From contig JADFXQ010000001.1 in the NCBI GenBank assembly GCA_015233495.1, forward strand, positions 68,045 through 132,044: a DNA stretch of 64,000 bases. Direction: 5' to 3'. Below the pieces are notes generated by a model. That model saw only the letters and a list, made by a program, of their open reading frames with translations. It ran no database searches and was not told the origin of the DNA. The DNA comes from Candidatus Omnitrophota bacterium (GTDB lineage: Bacteria > Omnitrophota > Gorgyraeia > Zapsychrales > Zapsychraceae). A program made the position numbers and the translations under genes. Shown piece after piece: positions 10,473-20,334 of this stretch. Position 1 is the first letter of the stretch, and each line of letters begins with the position of its first letter.

Positions 10473-11043
10473 GCTTTTTCAGCGCCCGGGCCCGGTGGCT
10501 GAGCTTGGCCTTGATCAGGGAATCAAGCTCGCCGAACGTCTTGCCGTACCGCGGAATCAAAAACAGAGGGTCATATCCGAACCCATTCGACCCTGAAGGT
10601 TTTAAGGCAATCACCCCGCCGCAGGTTCCGCTCACCGTCGCCCGCGTACCCTGATCGTCCACCAAAGCAATGCAGCAATGATATCGGCAGGACCGTTTGG
10701 ATAAAGGCAGTCCGCGTAAAGAACGTAAAAGTTTGGCATTATTTTTTGCATCCGTAGCCTGCGGCCCCGCGAACCGCGCCGAATAAATACCCGGCGCGCC
10801 GCCCAACCCGTCCACGGCCAATCCAGAATCCTCACCCATGGTCAATTTGCCGGTATAAGCCGCAATCACCTGCGCCTTCTTGAGCGCGTTCGCCGCGAAC
10901 GTTGTACCATCCTCAACAATCTCCGGAGCGGCAGGATAGTCCTTTAAAGAAGTGATCGCGATCTCCATCCCCGCCAACAATTCCTTAATCTCGCGCAACT
11001 TACCCTGATTCGTCGTGGCAATAACTAATTCCCGTTTTTTCAA
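10429..11043 (-). CDS. rdgB: dITP/XTP pyrophosphatase (HAM1)
   Basis: ATTNQGKLREI, EDSGL, GAPGIYSARF, GFGYDPLF, SHRARAL. TTG start with AAGGAG RBS. Confidence 0.95.
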   Translation of the reverse strand: MKKRELVIATTNQGKLREIKELLAGMEIAITSLKDYPAAPEIVEDGTTFAANALKKAQVIAAYTGKLTMGEDSGLAVDGLGGAPGIYSARFAGPQATDAKNNAKLLRSLRGLPLSKRSCRYHCCIALVDDQGTRATVSGTCGGVIALKPSGSNGFGYDPLFLIPRYGKTFGELDSLIKAKLSHRARALKKLKTTLQEYFARPVG

Positions 11044-11141
11044 AACCACTCCTTGTGAATACAATAGCAAAAAAAGAATCCTTTTCGCGATCGCGCCGCT
11101 TTCATAAAAATCCTCCCGAGAACCGACCTATAAATCACGCG

Positions 11142-13394
11142 CTACCTCCCGGAAATTGACGTTGGAATCCCAATCGGAACAATCCGCAATATCATCCCCC
11201 GAACTCCGGAAAAATTACCTCTCTGAAATTCCGCGATCATCGCCGAGGTAAATTTTAAATCTATGCCCTGCCTCTCTCGCGTGACATCAACCGTGATATT
11301 AAAGTTAATCCCTCCGGGATTCATTCCCGCGAGCGGACTGGATAACACTTTGACATCCGCATTCTCCAATCGCGTCACTTCGCCATTTTTCAATTCCAAT
11401 TGCCGCCATTGAATCACAGAAACACCCTCCTCATGAACACGAGCAACTGTGTTTGACCGCATCGCAATACGCAAAGCGCTCATCTGAATCGCATGGCCAA
11501 AAAGAATGACCGTTTTGCCTCGCAGGTGGGTATCTTCGGCTATCTTCTTTAAAAAACGATACTGCCGCGCAATGAGGTCCAAATATCTTTCACCCCGGTT
11601 AAATGAAGCCAAAGCGCTCCCGGTGATATCATTCATGCCGGTTGTGCTCCCTCCCGGCCAAATACTCACACGTGTTGTTTCCATGTCTCCGGTCATCTTC
11701 CGGGGGGAAAGCCCAACCGACTGCATTTCTGCATGCAATGCTTCCGGCGGCTGCGCATAAGCAAAATGCGTCGCATCACCCATATCCATTTCATTGATGC
11801 CAGGTTCCACAGACACCGGAAGATTAACTCCCAACTCCCGCTTCACTAAATCCAAAAACGGCTGTGCCGTTTGTTGCGCACGTCGTAAACCCGAGGTGAT
11901 AACCACAACTTTCCCGGCAGCAATGTCGGCGCGATAGATATCGAACAATTGTTGACTTGTTTGTTGCGCCTGTTGCACTCCTTTGTCATTAAGAGAATCG
12001 AGAAACTCCTCATTTGCTTGCCCGTTTAAAACAAAATAGCGATTCGCATTCGTATGCCCGTGCCGGACCCCGACCAACTGAACGCCGCTCAGATCAACCC
12101 AAGGCTCGTCGGAAGTATAGGCGATTTCACCTTTTGTGTTGACCTGCAATTTACCATCAGTTGCGTTAACTGCTGTCCAACCTTGCATAGCCGGGCGAGT
12201 GGTCCCAACCGCCAACACAGATACCCGCGCGCGATCGCCGTCTTGACCGGATTTGTCCGTAGGAGAAGATGATCCAGTGATCGTTAAATTCTCTATGCCT
12301 AACCGCATATTTTCTCCGCCGGAAAAATATTGACGCGCAATAGTATCTTCACTCAACGGGTCTGTATCTTCTTTAATATAATTGAACACCCCTTTTTGGT
12401 AAGCCTGTAAGTATTGTTGATATATTTTCTCTTTCACCAAGGGATCATCTGTTAAAACGCCGCCGGTCTTCCCTTTATTACTGTACACTTGATTCAACAA
12501 CGCGTCTTTAAGCGCGATCTTATACCAAGAAGCCAGAATCATGCTATAAAACATCTGCCGTAGCGGAGCAAAATTTTTCCCTTCATTCACTTCCTTTTCA
12601 ATTTCGGGAATGATGATTTCTTTGACAGCCGCAGCAGCCATACTATGAGTTGAAATACGCGGCCGACGCTCAATATGAACCATACCGGTTCGTTCATCTT
12701 GGTCCCGCATTCTCAATCGGCCATCCGCCGCCAAAGCGGCATAATCTTCTTCTAACATTACCTTCAAATGGGAGCCCACAACAAAAGCCGTATGATCCCG
12801 TTCCCGAACCTTCGCATGCTCCGCGACAATCCAAACCTTATTGAATGTATCGACTGGAATATCAGTTGCCCCAAATTGCTTTTCCACCTTGGCATAGACC
12901 CGATCCCAAAAAGTCTTTCCTAATTGGCTATTAGGATACATCAATGACGCAGTCAATTGCTTCAAAATATAATCTTGTGCCAGCATATCCCGGCCAAGTA
13001 TTGTCTTCCCCAACTCCGCCGGAATGATTTTGTCCTTTTCGTATGGAGACAAATTTACCCAAAGATCATCTTCCTTGATCGTTAAAGCTGCTAAAAAATA
13101 TTTAATCAATTTCTGTGATTCTGTTTTGAACTCCGCGCTATCAATCTTGATCTGTGAGGAACCCGTATCCATAATAAAATCAAACAAAAGCGGGTTGTCA
13201 GCATGGATTTCAACGCCCTTCATGATAACCGGCATATAAGCTGGGTTGGAAAGAACCCTGGCTCCCGGCGCCGGCAAAAGCAAGGCCTGAGCCAAGGCCG
13301 CCGGAGAAAGCAGCCCGGAAAAAATAAATCCCCCAATGATCCCCACGCAGATCAATCGAAATATCAATGTCTTTTGGAATGTTTGCCTCTTCAT
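11142..13394 (-). CDS. Secreted modular protein: conserved N-terminal domain + histidine phosphatase cargo + C-terminal GGI(N/D) module
   Basis: Signal peptide (AALA-Q). N-terminal domain paralogous to 55163-57472. VRHGHT, SGLRRAQQTA, INEMDMGD and FGHA phosphatase motifs. PGGINF tail. Confidence 0.85.
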   Translation of the reverse strand: MKRQTFQKTLIFRLICVGIIGGFIFSGLLSPAALAQALLLPAPGARVLSNPAYMPVIMKGVEIHADNPLLFDFIMDTGSSQIKIDSAEFKTESQKLIKYFLAALTIKEDDLWVNLSPYEKDKIIPAELGKTILGRDMLAQDYILKQLTASLMYPNSQLGKTFWDRVYAKVEKQFGATDIPVDTFNKVWIVAEHAKVRERDHTAFVVGSHLKVMLEEDYAALAADGRLRMRDQDERTGMVHIERRPRISTHSMAAAAVKEIIIPEIEKEVNEGKNFAPLRQMFYSMILASWYKIALKDALLNQVYSNKGKTGGVLTDDPLVKEKIYQQYLQAYQKGVFNYIKEDTDPLSEDTIARQYFSGGENMRLGIENLTITGSSSPTDKSGQDGDRARVSVLAVGTTRPAMQGWTAVNATDGKLQVNTKGEIAYTSDEPWVDLSGVQLVGVRHGHTNANRYFVLNGQANEEFLDSLNDKGVQQAQQTSQQLFDIYRADIAAGKVVVITSGLRRAQQTAQPFLDLVKRELGVNLPVSVEPGINEMDMGDATHFAYAQPPEALHAEMQSVGLSPRKMTGDMETTRVSIWPGGSTTGMNDITGSALASFNRGERYLDLIARQYRFLKKIAEDTHLRGKTVILFGHAIQMSALRIAMRSNTVARVHEEGVSVIQWRQLELKNGEVTRLENADVKVLSSPLAGMNPGGINFNITVDVTRERQGIDLKFTSAMIAEFQRGNFSGVRGMILRIVPIGIPTSISGR

Positions 13395-13695
13395 CCTTTC
13401 TGCATATCGTCAGCTGTAATCTTTACGCCCAATCTTTTCCCTTGAAAAAATTTAAACCAAGAGCGCCAACACATATTTTGTGAATTGCAGAACAAGTATA
13501 CCTGATCATATGATGAAACGCCAATTTTAGCAATTGAATCACTTTTTCAAATCATCCCTGAGAAATATGCGGCAACTAATAAGATTCAAATATTCCTGCG
13601 GGTTTGCTGGATATCTTTAATAAGTATGTAACGATTCAAGGCGTCAATGAGAGAGGTGGGAAAACCCAAGAACCGATTGATTTATCGGTTGGAGC

Positions 13696-14031
13696 CTATT
13701 GAGCTGAAAGAATCTCTTCAATGTATTTATTTAAACTATCGCCATTACGCAGGGCTTTAATCGTTATGGTCTTGTGAAGATCCGGGGAAATTCTTAACGG
13801 TATCTTCCCGGAAAATTTCCGGGACATAATCTGCGGCGGAATCGGCCGGCCGTCTTTTAACAAAATAGCTTCCATCTCCGCGGCCACGGCGCATAACTCT
13901 CGGAACACTTTAGATTCATCTTTTCCGTGCACCCCCCCTAAAAACAGACCCGGCGCCGTCCCAATATAGCATTGGTCCTCATCCGACCATTCCACGACTT
14001 TTAAATAAGCGGGCCTTTTTTGTTTAATCAT
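13696..14031 (-). CDS. hicB: HicB-family antitoxin
   Basis: VEWSDEDQCYIGTAPGL...HG and C-terminal FSGKIPLRISPDLHK RHH. Confidence 0.9.
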   Translation of the reverse strand: MIKQKRPAYLKVVEWSDEDQCYIGTAPGLFLGGVHGKDESKVFRELCAVAAEMEAILLKDGRPIPPQIMSRKFSGKIPLRISPDLHKTITIKALRNGDSLNKYIEEILSAQ

Positions 14032-14222
14032 TTCTGCGCCTCCCACAAAGCAATTTTAACCGCTTGCTCTTGATACGGTAAAGCATCATCGCCCAATTGA
14101 CCGGAAATAACAACCGCCGGGTGTAGCGGGTGAACAAACTTCCGATGACTGCCCTTGCCGCCCCGGTTAGCAAACCCCATTTTTTCCAAATCCCTGATCA
14201 ATTCGCGAATTTTGCGTAGCAT
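14028..14222 (-). CDS. hicA: HicA-family mRNA interferase
   Basis: LEKMGF...GKGSHRKFVHP. ATGA coupling to hicB. Confidence 0.9.
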   Translation of the reverse strand: MLRKIRELIRDLEKMGFANRGGKGSHRKFVHPLHPAVVISGQLGDDALPYQEQAVKIALWEAQK

Positions 14223-14225
14223 AAT

Positions 14226-14255
14226 AATGATATCATTGTAATATCACATTTACAA
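14226..14255 (-). promoter_or_regulatory. hicAB promoter/operator
   Basis: TTGTAA-17-TATCAT on the minus strand, overlapped by palindrome AATGATATCATT and a second near-copy GTAATATCAC. No SD before the ATG. Confidence 0.55.
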
Positions 14256-14284
14256 GAAAATTTTTATTAAATTAAACCCCCATT

Positions 14285-14998
14285 TTATAAAACGTGCCCC
14301 AACTGTTTTTTCTGGATCTTAAATAACTCCTTGATACCTTTCTCCGCCAGGGCCAGAAGTTTGTCCATTTGGTCTTTGGAAAACGGTTTGCCTTCGGCTG
14401 TGCCTTGCACTTCCACGAAATCGCCTTGGCCTACCATGACCACGTTCATATCCATGCCCGCCGTCGAATCTTCTTGATAATCTAAATCCAAAACCGGCTG
14501 ACCCGCGACCATGCCGACGCTCACTGCCGCGACATAATCCGTAATCGGGATAGTCTTGATTTTTCCTTTAACGTTTAACGTCTCTAAGGCTAAAGCCAAA
14601 GCGATAAACCCGCCGGTAATCGACGCGGTGCGCGTGCCGCCATCCGCCTGAATCACATCGCAATCGATCGTGACCGTGCGCTCGCCAATTTTATGCAAAT
14701 CTACAATGGAACGCAAAGACCGGCCGATCAACCGCTGAATTTCCTGAGCCCGTCCAGAAACCGGAGCCCGTTTCACCCGCGACGAACAAGACCGCGGCAG
14801 CATCGCGTATTCCGCAGTCACCCAACCCTGTCTTTGTCCTTTAAGAAAAGGCGGCACTGTGTCTTCCACCGTAGCCGCGCAGATCACCCGGGTATCTCCG
14901 AACTCAATCAAGCACGAACCTTCAGGATGCTTGATGTAATCCCGCGTCACCTTAATCTCGCGCAATTCCTGCGCCGCGCGTCCGTCATGTCGAGCCAT
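14285..14998 (-). CDS. rph: Ribonuclease PH
   Basis: [40 protein letters not shown]. Confidence 0.97.
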   Translation of the reverse strand: MARHDGRAAQELREIKVTRDYIKHPEGSCLIEFGDTRVICAATVEDTVPPFLKGQRQGWVTAEYAMLPRSCSSRVKRAPVSGRAQEIQRLIGRSLRSIVDLHKIGERTVTIDCDVIQADGGTRTASITGGFIALALALETLNVKGKIKTIPITDYVAAVSVGMVAGQPVLDLDYQEDSTAGMDMNVVMVGQGDFVEVQGTAEGKPFSKDQMDKLLALAEKGIKELFKIQKKQLGHVL

Positions 14999-15123
14999 AA
15001 TTCCATCCTTTTTCGTGGTTCGTTCTGTCAAAAGTTTTCACTTCTTATCTTTTGTTTTTATAACGAGTTCTGATTTTTTGACTTGCCTCCCTGCCCATCG
15101 CTGGCAAAGCCGCGCGCCTTAAA

Positions 15124-15549
15124 CTATCGCGATTCCAACTTCGACAACAATTTTTTACCCTTATATTCCGCGGATACCATAGTATGAATCCCCCCGCGCG
15201 GCATAATATTTCCTTCGACCCGCATCCATTTCGGCTGACAAGCGGCCACCAGATCGTCGAGAATCCGGTTAACCAAATGCTCGTGAAAAATACCCTTATC
15301 GCGGTAAGCAATGATATACATCTTCAAAGACTTCAATTCCAGACAAGTTTTCGCGGGAATATAATCAATCACAATCGCGCCAAAATCCGGCAGTCCGGTT
15401 TTCGGACAAATGCAGGTAAATTCCGGAATCTCCAAATGAATCGTATAATTTCGTCCGGCGTACTGATTCTCCCAAACCTCAATCCCCGGTATTTTCATAG
15501 TGCGAACATGCGCTTGCAAATTTTCATAAGAACTTTTTTTTGTAGGCAT
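15124..15549 (-). CDS. queF: preQ0 reductase
   Basis: PEFTCICPKTGLPDF, ELKSLKMY, FHE, PRGGI. Confidence 0.95.
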   Translation of the reverse strand: MPTKKSSYENLQAHVRTMKIPGIEVWENQYAGRNYTIHLEIPEFTCICPKTGLPDFGAIVIDYIPAKTCLELKSLKMYIIAYRDKGIFHEHLVNRILDDLVAACQPKWMRVEGNIMPRGGIHTMVSAEYKGKKLLSKLESR

Positions 15550-15613
15550 TTTTTCTCCTTTAACAATTCAACGAACAGTGGCAAAACCGCGCGGAACCGC
15601 AGCCCCCGCCGAA

Positions 15614-16303
15614 TCAGCGGATCTGCAGCAATTTATGCATCTGCGGAATTACGCGCGCGTCCCTTAAATATTTGGAACTAAGCCGCGCGAAAGACTCATA
15701 TTTTTCAATCGAATCCCCCGCCAGGGATTGTCCCTGCGGCTGAATCACCAAAACTATGCCCGGATCAACCGAAGCAACGAGTTGCGCGGCTTGCGCAACC
15801 TCTTCAAACGCGGTGCTCGGAGTGACAACAACTTTCGCATAAACATCTTTTTCCGCGGCAATTCTTAAAAATTCCTCATGTTCGGCCCAATAAGATTTTT
15901 CGCCAGTCGAAGTCGGCAGTTTGATATCCATAGAAACGATATCCACCGCCGGTAAAACCTCGGCTAAGGCCTGCGGCAAAGTGCCATTAGTCTCCAAAAA
16001 AACTTTGCGCCCGGACTGATGAATCATCTCGCCCAGCTTCCGCACTGCCGACGGCTGTAATAAGGGCTCGCCTCCCGTCAAGCTGACCGAATGGCATCCT
16101 TCCCATAACGACACAATTTGTTTAAACACCTCTGCCACGGATTGTGACGCTTCTGTCCGGGGAATAACCGCCGCGGATTTTGTGTCGCACCAGACGCAGT
16201 TTAAATTGCATCCCGCGAACCGGACAAAGACTTGGCAGACGCCGACATATTTCCCTTCGCCTTGAATCGAACGAAAAATTTCAACAATGCTCGCTGATGC
16301 CAT
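15614..16303 (-). CDS. queE: 7-carboxy-7-deazaguanine synthase (radical SAM)
   Basis: EIFRSIQGEG, CNLNCVWCDT, TGGEPLLQ, PQMHK. Confidence 0.95.
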   Translation of the reverse strand: MASASIVEIFRSIQGEGKYVGVCQVFVRFAGCNLNCVWCDTKSAAVIPRTEASQSVAEVFKQIVSLWEGCHSVSLTGGEPLLQPSAVRKLGEMIHQSGRKVFLETNGTLPQALAEVLPAVDIVSMDIKLPTSTGEKSYWAEHEEFLRIAAEKDVYAKVVVTPSTAFEEVAQAAQLVASVDPGIVLVIQPQGQSLAGDSIEKYESFARLSSKYLRDARVIPQMHKLLQIR

Positions 16304-16327
16304 AAAATCACATCCCGAAAAAATCCT

Positions 16328-17014
16328 TTACCCGGCGGGATCCGCCATCCCCACCGCCGCAAATCCTTTTTTCCGTAACACACAACTGTCACATGTCCCG
16401 CAGGGCTTACGGCCGCCCTGATAACACGACCAGGTCAATTCATACGGCACGCCTAATTTCATCCCTAAACGGATAATCTGCGCTTTGGTTAAATTCACCA
16501 GCGGCGTTAAAATCTTGATTGCCTTGCCGTTCACCCCCGCCTTGGTCCCCCGGCGCAAAGTTTCTTGAAACGACTGAAAAAATTCCGGCCGGCAATCCGG
16601 ATATCCGGAATAATCGATCGCGTTCGCGCCAATGAACACCGCTGACGCGCCGATCGCTTCCGCGTAAGAAACCGCGAAGCTTAAAAATATAATATTGCGC
16701 CCCGGCACATAGGTAGAAGGGATTTCCTGAAGATCGATTTTTTCCCGGCGCGGCAAAGGGCTTTTCTTGTTCAGCAATGACGATCCTTGCCAAGGCAGAA
16801 TGATCTTAAGAATCTGATAGCCGCATCCCGCAGTCCGCGCCACAGCAACCGCCTGGCGCGTTTCTTTTTGATGCCGCTGGCCATATCGAAAAATCAGACA
16901 ATGCGGGACATACCCTTGCCGGTGAGCCGCGTATAAAGTCGTAGCGGAATCCAGCCCTCCGGATAACAACACCACAGCCTTGCGTCCGCTATTGGGGGTG
17001 GATCTTTCTGCCAT
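16328..17014 (-). CDS. queC: 7-cyano-7-deazaguanine synthase
   Basis: LLSGGLDSAT, STYVPGRN, YPDCRPEF, TWSCY, CGTCDSC. Confidence 0.97.
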   Translation of the reverse strand: MAERSTPNSGRKAVVLLSGGLDSATTLYAAHRQGYVPHCLIFRYGQRHQKETRQAVAVARTAGCGYQILKIILPWQGSSLLNKKSPLPRREKIDLQEIPSTYVPGRNIIFLSFAVSYAEAIGASAVFIGANAIDYSGYPDCRPEFFQSFQETLRRGTKAGVNGKAIKILTPLVNLTKAQIIRLGMKLGVPYELTWSCYQGGRKPCGTCDSCVLRKKGFAAVGMADPAG

Positions 17015-17063
17015 TACATTTCCCTTTCGCGTTCCCTGTCCCGCGCTTTTTCCCCGCTGTTCC

Positions 17064-17426
17064 TTATCCCCGATAGATAACACTCGCGGCTTCCGATTCC
17101 CAGACTTCGACTTGCCGGACAACTATCGGCGCGACAGCCGCGGAAAATCCCTCGAAAACATGCCGCGCTATATTTTCAGTTGTCGGGTTATGCGTTTTAA
17201 AATATTCCAGATCATTCAGACAGCAATGATCCATCGGGCTTAAAAAATCATTCAACCTTTGTTTCACCGCGCCGAAATCCGCTACCATACCCAAATTATC
17301 CAATTCCGCCGCCGCTATTGTCACCTGAACCTTCCAATTGTGACCGTGCAGATGCCGGCACTTACCCGCGTATTCGCGCAAAAAATGCGCGGAAGAAATC
17401 ATGCCTTGCGCTTTAAGTTCGTACAT
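17064..17426 (-). CDS. queD: 6-carboxytetrahydropterin synthase
   Basis: SAHFL, CRHLHGHNW, NPTTENIA, VEVWES. Confidence 0.95.
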   Translation of the reverse strand: MYELKAQGMISSAHFLREYAGKCRHLHGHNWKVQVTIAAAELDNLGMVADFGAVKQRLNDFLSPMDHCCLNDLEYFKTHNPTTENIARHVFEGFSAAVAPIVVRQVEVWESEAASVIYRG

Positions 17427-17513
17427 ATCCCGCCTCCCTGCCCTCAAAAAAAGAAAGAATCATCCCAGACCATATATGTCCAATTTGGACAGCAATGATC
17501 CCAGACATATCTT

Positions 17514-18320
17514 CTATCGCCGCACCAGCACACTGCGGATTTCCCGCCCCAAAAAATGGCTCGCCATCCGCGAAAAATCCTGCGGACGGTCGCTGACCAA
17601 AAACCGGTATTTGCCGGTATGTTTGTCTTCCCGAAGCAATCCTGATTCCATAAGAATATTGCGGGCGCGTCCCGCTACTTCCGACGCGGAATCAACCAGA
17701 AATACCCGCGGCCCCATCACCCGCCTCAATACCGGCTTTAATAAAGGATAATGCGTGCATCCCAAAATCAGCGTGTCTACCCTCGCCTTGATTAAATCCC
17801 GTAAATATTCCTCCGCGACCAAACCGGTCACGGTTTTACCCGTCCATCCCTCCTCGACCAGCGGAACAAACAAAGGACAGGCCTTCCCATAAACCTTGAC
17901 CGCCGGGTTAAGCCGGGTAATCGCCTCCACGTATTTTTGACTTTTGATCGTAGCCGAAGTCGCGATCACTCCGACGCGCTGATTTTTCGTGACCGTCACC
18001 GCCTTATAAGCTCCCGGCTCAATCACGCTAATAATCGGCAAATCGAAAGCGGCGCGCAAAGCAGGGATCGCGCAGCTCGAAGATGAATTGCAAGCCACAA
18101 CCACGGCCTTTACATCGTGCTCTAATAATATTTCCGTATTCTCAACGGAAAAACGAATAATCGATTCTTCCGATTTGGTTCCATAGGGGACGCGCGCCGT
18201 ATCCCCGAAATAAACGATATCCTCGCGCGGCAGACAGCGCATCATTTCCTTAACGACCGTTAATCCGCCCAGCCCTGAATCAAAAACGCCGATCGGTTTA
18301 CGGCGGTCATTCTTTGACAT
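17514..18320 (-). CDS. murI: Glutamate racemase
   Basis: FDSGLGGLTV, DTARVPYG, VACNS, LGCTHYP. Confidence 0.97.
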   Translation of the reverse strand: MSKNDRRKPIGVFDSGLGGLTVVKEMMRCLPREDIVYFGDTARVPYGTKSEESIIRFSVENTEILLEHDVKAVVVACNSSSSCAIPALRAAFDLPIISVIEPGAYKAVTVTKNQRVGVIATSATIKSQKYVEAITRLNPAVKVYGKACPLFVPLVEEGWTGKTVTGLVAEEYLRDLIKARVDTLILGCTHYPLLKPVLRRVMGPRVFLVDSASEVAGRARNILMESGLLREDKHTGKYRFLVSDRPQDFSRMASHFLGREIRSVLVRR

Positions 18321-19419
18321 ATTTGCCAATCCCTTGGGTGATCCCGTCGGCGATTTTTTGCCGGTAATCCGCCTGCCGCAATAATTTTTCTTCCCGCGGA
18401 TTGGTCAAAAAACCCACCTCCACTAAAGCCGCCGGGATCAACGTATTGCGCAGCACAAAAAACCGGCAAGTCTTCACTCCGCGAAAGGAAGCATGGATCG
18501 CGCGGCCGGTTTGTTTTCCAATATCATTAGCCAACCGATGAGACGCGGATTCTTTAAAAGCATAAAGCATATCCGAAATAATCTCGGCTACCGTCTTTAA
18601 ATTACGGGCCATTTTAAACCGATGGAAAAACGTCTGTTCATTCTGAGCGCGCTGCTCTTCGCGTTTCTCGCTCGGCGTCAATTCCCGCAGGGCATAGACT
18701 TCAATGCCATTGATTGAACGGGAAGGATGTGAATTGGCGTGAATGCTCACAAACAGATCCGCCCGCGACATACTGACAATTTCCGTGCGGCGTTCCAAGG
18801 AGACAAACACATCGCCCGACCGCAGCAAAATCACCCGAAACCCCTCATTTTCCAATTCTTCCTTAACACGCCGGCTGATATCCAAAACAATATTCTTTTC
18901 CTTCAACCCCCAAGGGCTGATCGCGCCGGGGTCTTTCCCGCCGTGGCCGGGATCTAAAATGACCGTCAGCGGTTGCCGCGCCGCGGTCGCGGTGATTTTA
19001 GGTTCCCCGGGTTCGACCCGCCGCGCCGCCATCGAGACTGCCGGCGCCGGAAAGATACGGTCGAGCACTTTCTGCTGAAAATCCGGCGGAACAATCACCT
19101 CGCTTTGGACAAGACGGATGGGTTGGTTTAAAAGGATACTTTGCTGACTCCAAAGCACCAACGGACTTCCCGCCAAGGCTTTGATTTCGGTCCGAGCCGA
19201 CTTCATCGTGATCACCCGCGTCACCGGGTCCCAGGAACAATCCCAGTGATATTGGCTGCATATTTCAGTCAACCGGTTTGTTCCGCCGGAAACCGCGGCT
19301 CCGGTCGGCGGGTTCGGACGCGTCGCTGTTGCGCAGCCCCAGATCAAAGCGCCGCTGACCACGCCAAAAATCAATAACCAAAAAGAAATGCCGCCCTTTA
19401 AGAATATATCTTTTTTCAT
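18307..19419 (-). CDS. N-acetylmuramoyl-L-alanine amidase (Amidase_3), lipoprotein
   Basis: Lipobox-like IWGC. LDPGHGGKDPGA, FVSIHANS, LVEVGFLTN. Confidence 0.9.
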   Translation of the reverse strand: MKKDIFLKGGISFWLLIFGVVSGALIWGCATATRPNPPTGAAVSGGTNRLTEICSQYHWDCSWDPVTRVITMKSARTEIKALAGSPLVLWSQQSILLNQPIRLVQSEVIVPPDFQQKVLDRIFPAPAVSMAARRVEPGEPKITATAARQPLTVILDPGHGGKDPGAISPWGLKEKNIVLDISRRVKEELENEGFRVILLRSGDVFVSLERRTEIVSMSRADLFVSIHANSHPSRSINGIEVYALRELTPSEKREEQRAQNEQTFFHRFKMARNLKTVAEIISDMLYAFKESASHRLANDIGKQTGRAIHASFRGVKTCRFFVLRNTLIPAALVEVGFLTNPREEKLLRQADYRQKIADGITQGIGKYVKE

Positions 19420-20298
19420 TTATGTCCCTGTCGGCCGTACCGTGAAAAAAATCACGGTTTCGGTTTTTTGATTTTTCTTTTCCCGCGTCGTAAAAGCCGA
19501 TCCGATAAAAGGTAATTTCCCGAATAGCGGGACCGGCCGGATGTTTTCTGTCGTAAAATCCTCCGTTACTCCGGAAATAATCCCCGCATACCCGTCGGGC
19601 AATAACATCTGAAACGCGCTCGTGCCGGATCCCACGGTCTGCGGGTTTTCTTCATTAAAAACCGGCTGCATTGTCAGACGCGTCATAGGGGCATCTTCTT
19701 TCAGCACCGTGTCCGTTTGCATAATGACCGGCAAATGAGCCCGGAAGTTCTTTTGCCGGAAACCCGCCCAATTTCCCTCCCAAGAAAATTCCGCCAAAGC
19801 CGGTTGCTGGTACGCCAATTTGATCTCCTGCTCCGCTAAAATCTGGTACGTCCCGATATTTTTTAACGCGCTCAGCAAAATACGTTTATCTTCCTGCGAT
19901 AAAACCCCGGCGCGTAAAAACTCAATCCGCAGCCCCCAACGATCCGATAATTTCTCCGGGGCTTTGATCCTTTGATTCGCGGCAACAATCGCTTCCCAAT
20001 CAATCCCGCTTTGATTATCCGTATTTAAAACAATCCCCACCACCTGGCCATGGACCGCCATCTGTCGATGCTCCAGTGCCGGAACCAAAGCTGCCGTTTC
20101 CGTCTGCTGCGTGGGCGCCCCAACAGCCTCAGCGGCTTTGGCCGAAATTGCCGCCGCGGTCGGCGTCTGTTCCACCGCATTGAGCGCCGCTTCAACCGCT
20201 TGCTGATAATTCTTCGGTTCTTGCGCTGACGCCCGCCCGATAAAAATACCTAAAAAGAAAACACTGCAAAGAATGCGCTGCCACATGGATTCCATCAT
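19420..20298 (-). CDS. Short secretin-like protein (T2SS/T3SS secretin C-terminal similarity)
   Basis: Signal peptide (ASA-Q), GIDW, IISG, VPLFGKLPFIGSAF...KTETVIFFTVR. Confidence 0.6.
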   Translation of the reverse strand: MMESMWQRILCSVFFLGIFIGRASAQEPKNYQQAVEAALNAVEQTPTAAAISAKAAEAVGAPTQQTETAALVPALEHRQMAVHGQVVGIVLNTDNQSGIDWEAIVAANQRIKAPEKLSDRWGLRIEFLRAGVLSQEDKRILLSALKNIGTYQILAEQEIKLAYQQPALAEFSWEGNWAGFRQKNFRAHLPVIMQTDTVLKEDAPMTRLTMQPVFNEENPQTVGSGTSAFQMLLPDGYAGIISGVTEDFTTENIRPVPLFGKLPFIGSAFTTREKKNQKTETVIFFTVRPTGT

Positions 20299-20334
20299 AC
20301 ACGCAAGACAAGAAAAAATCATGAAAAAATAAAA

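Noticed and set aside
17427-17513. preQ1 riboswitch upstream of queDCEF
   Set aside because: No preQ1-I stem, loop and A-rich tail pattern is recognisable by eye.
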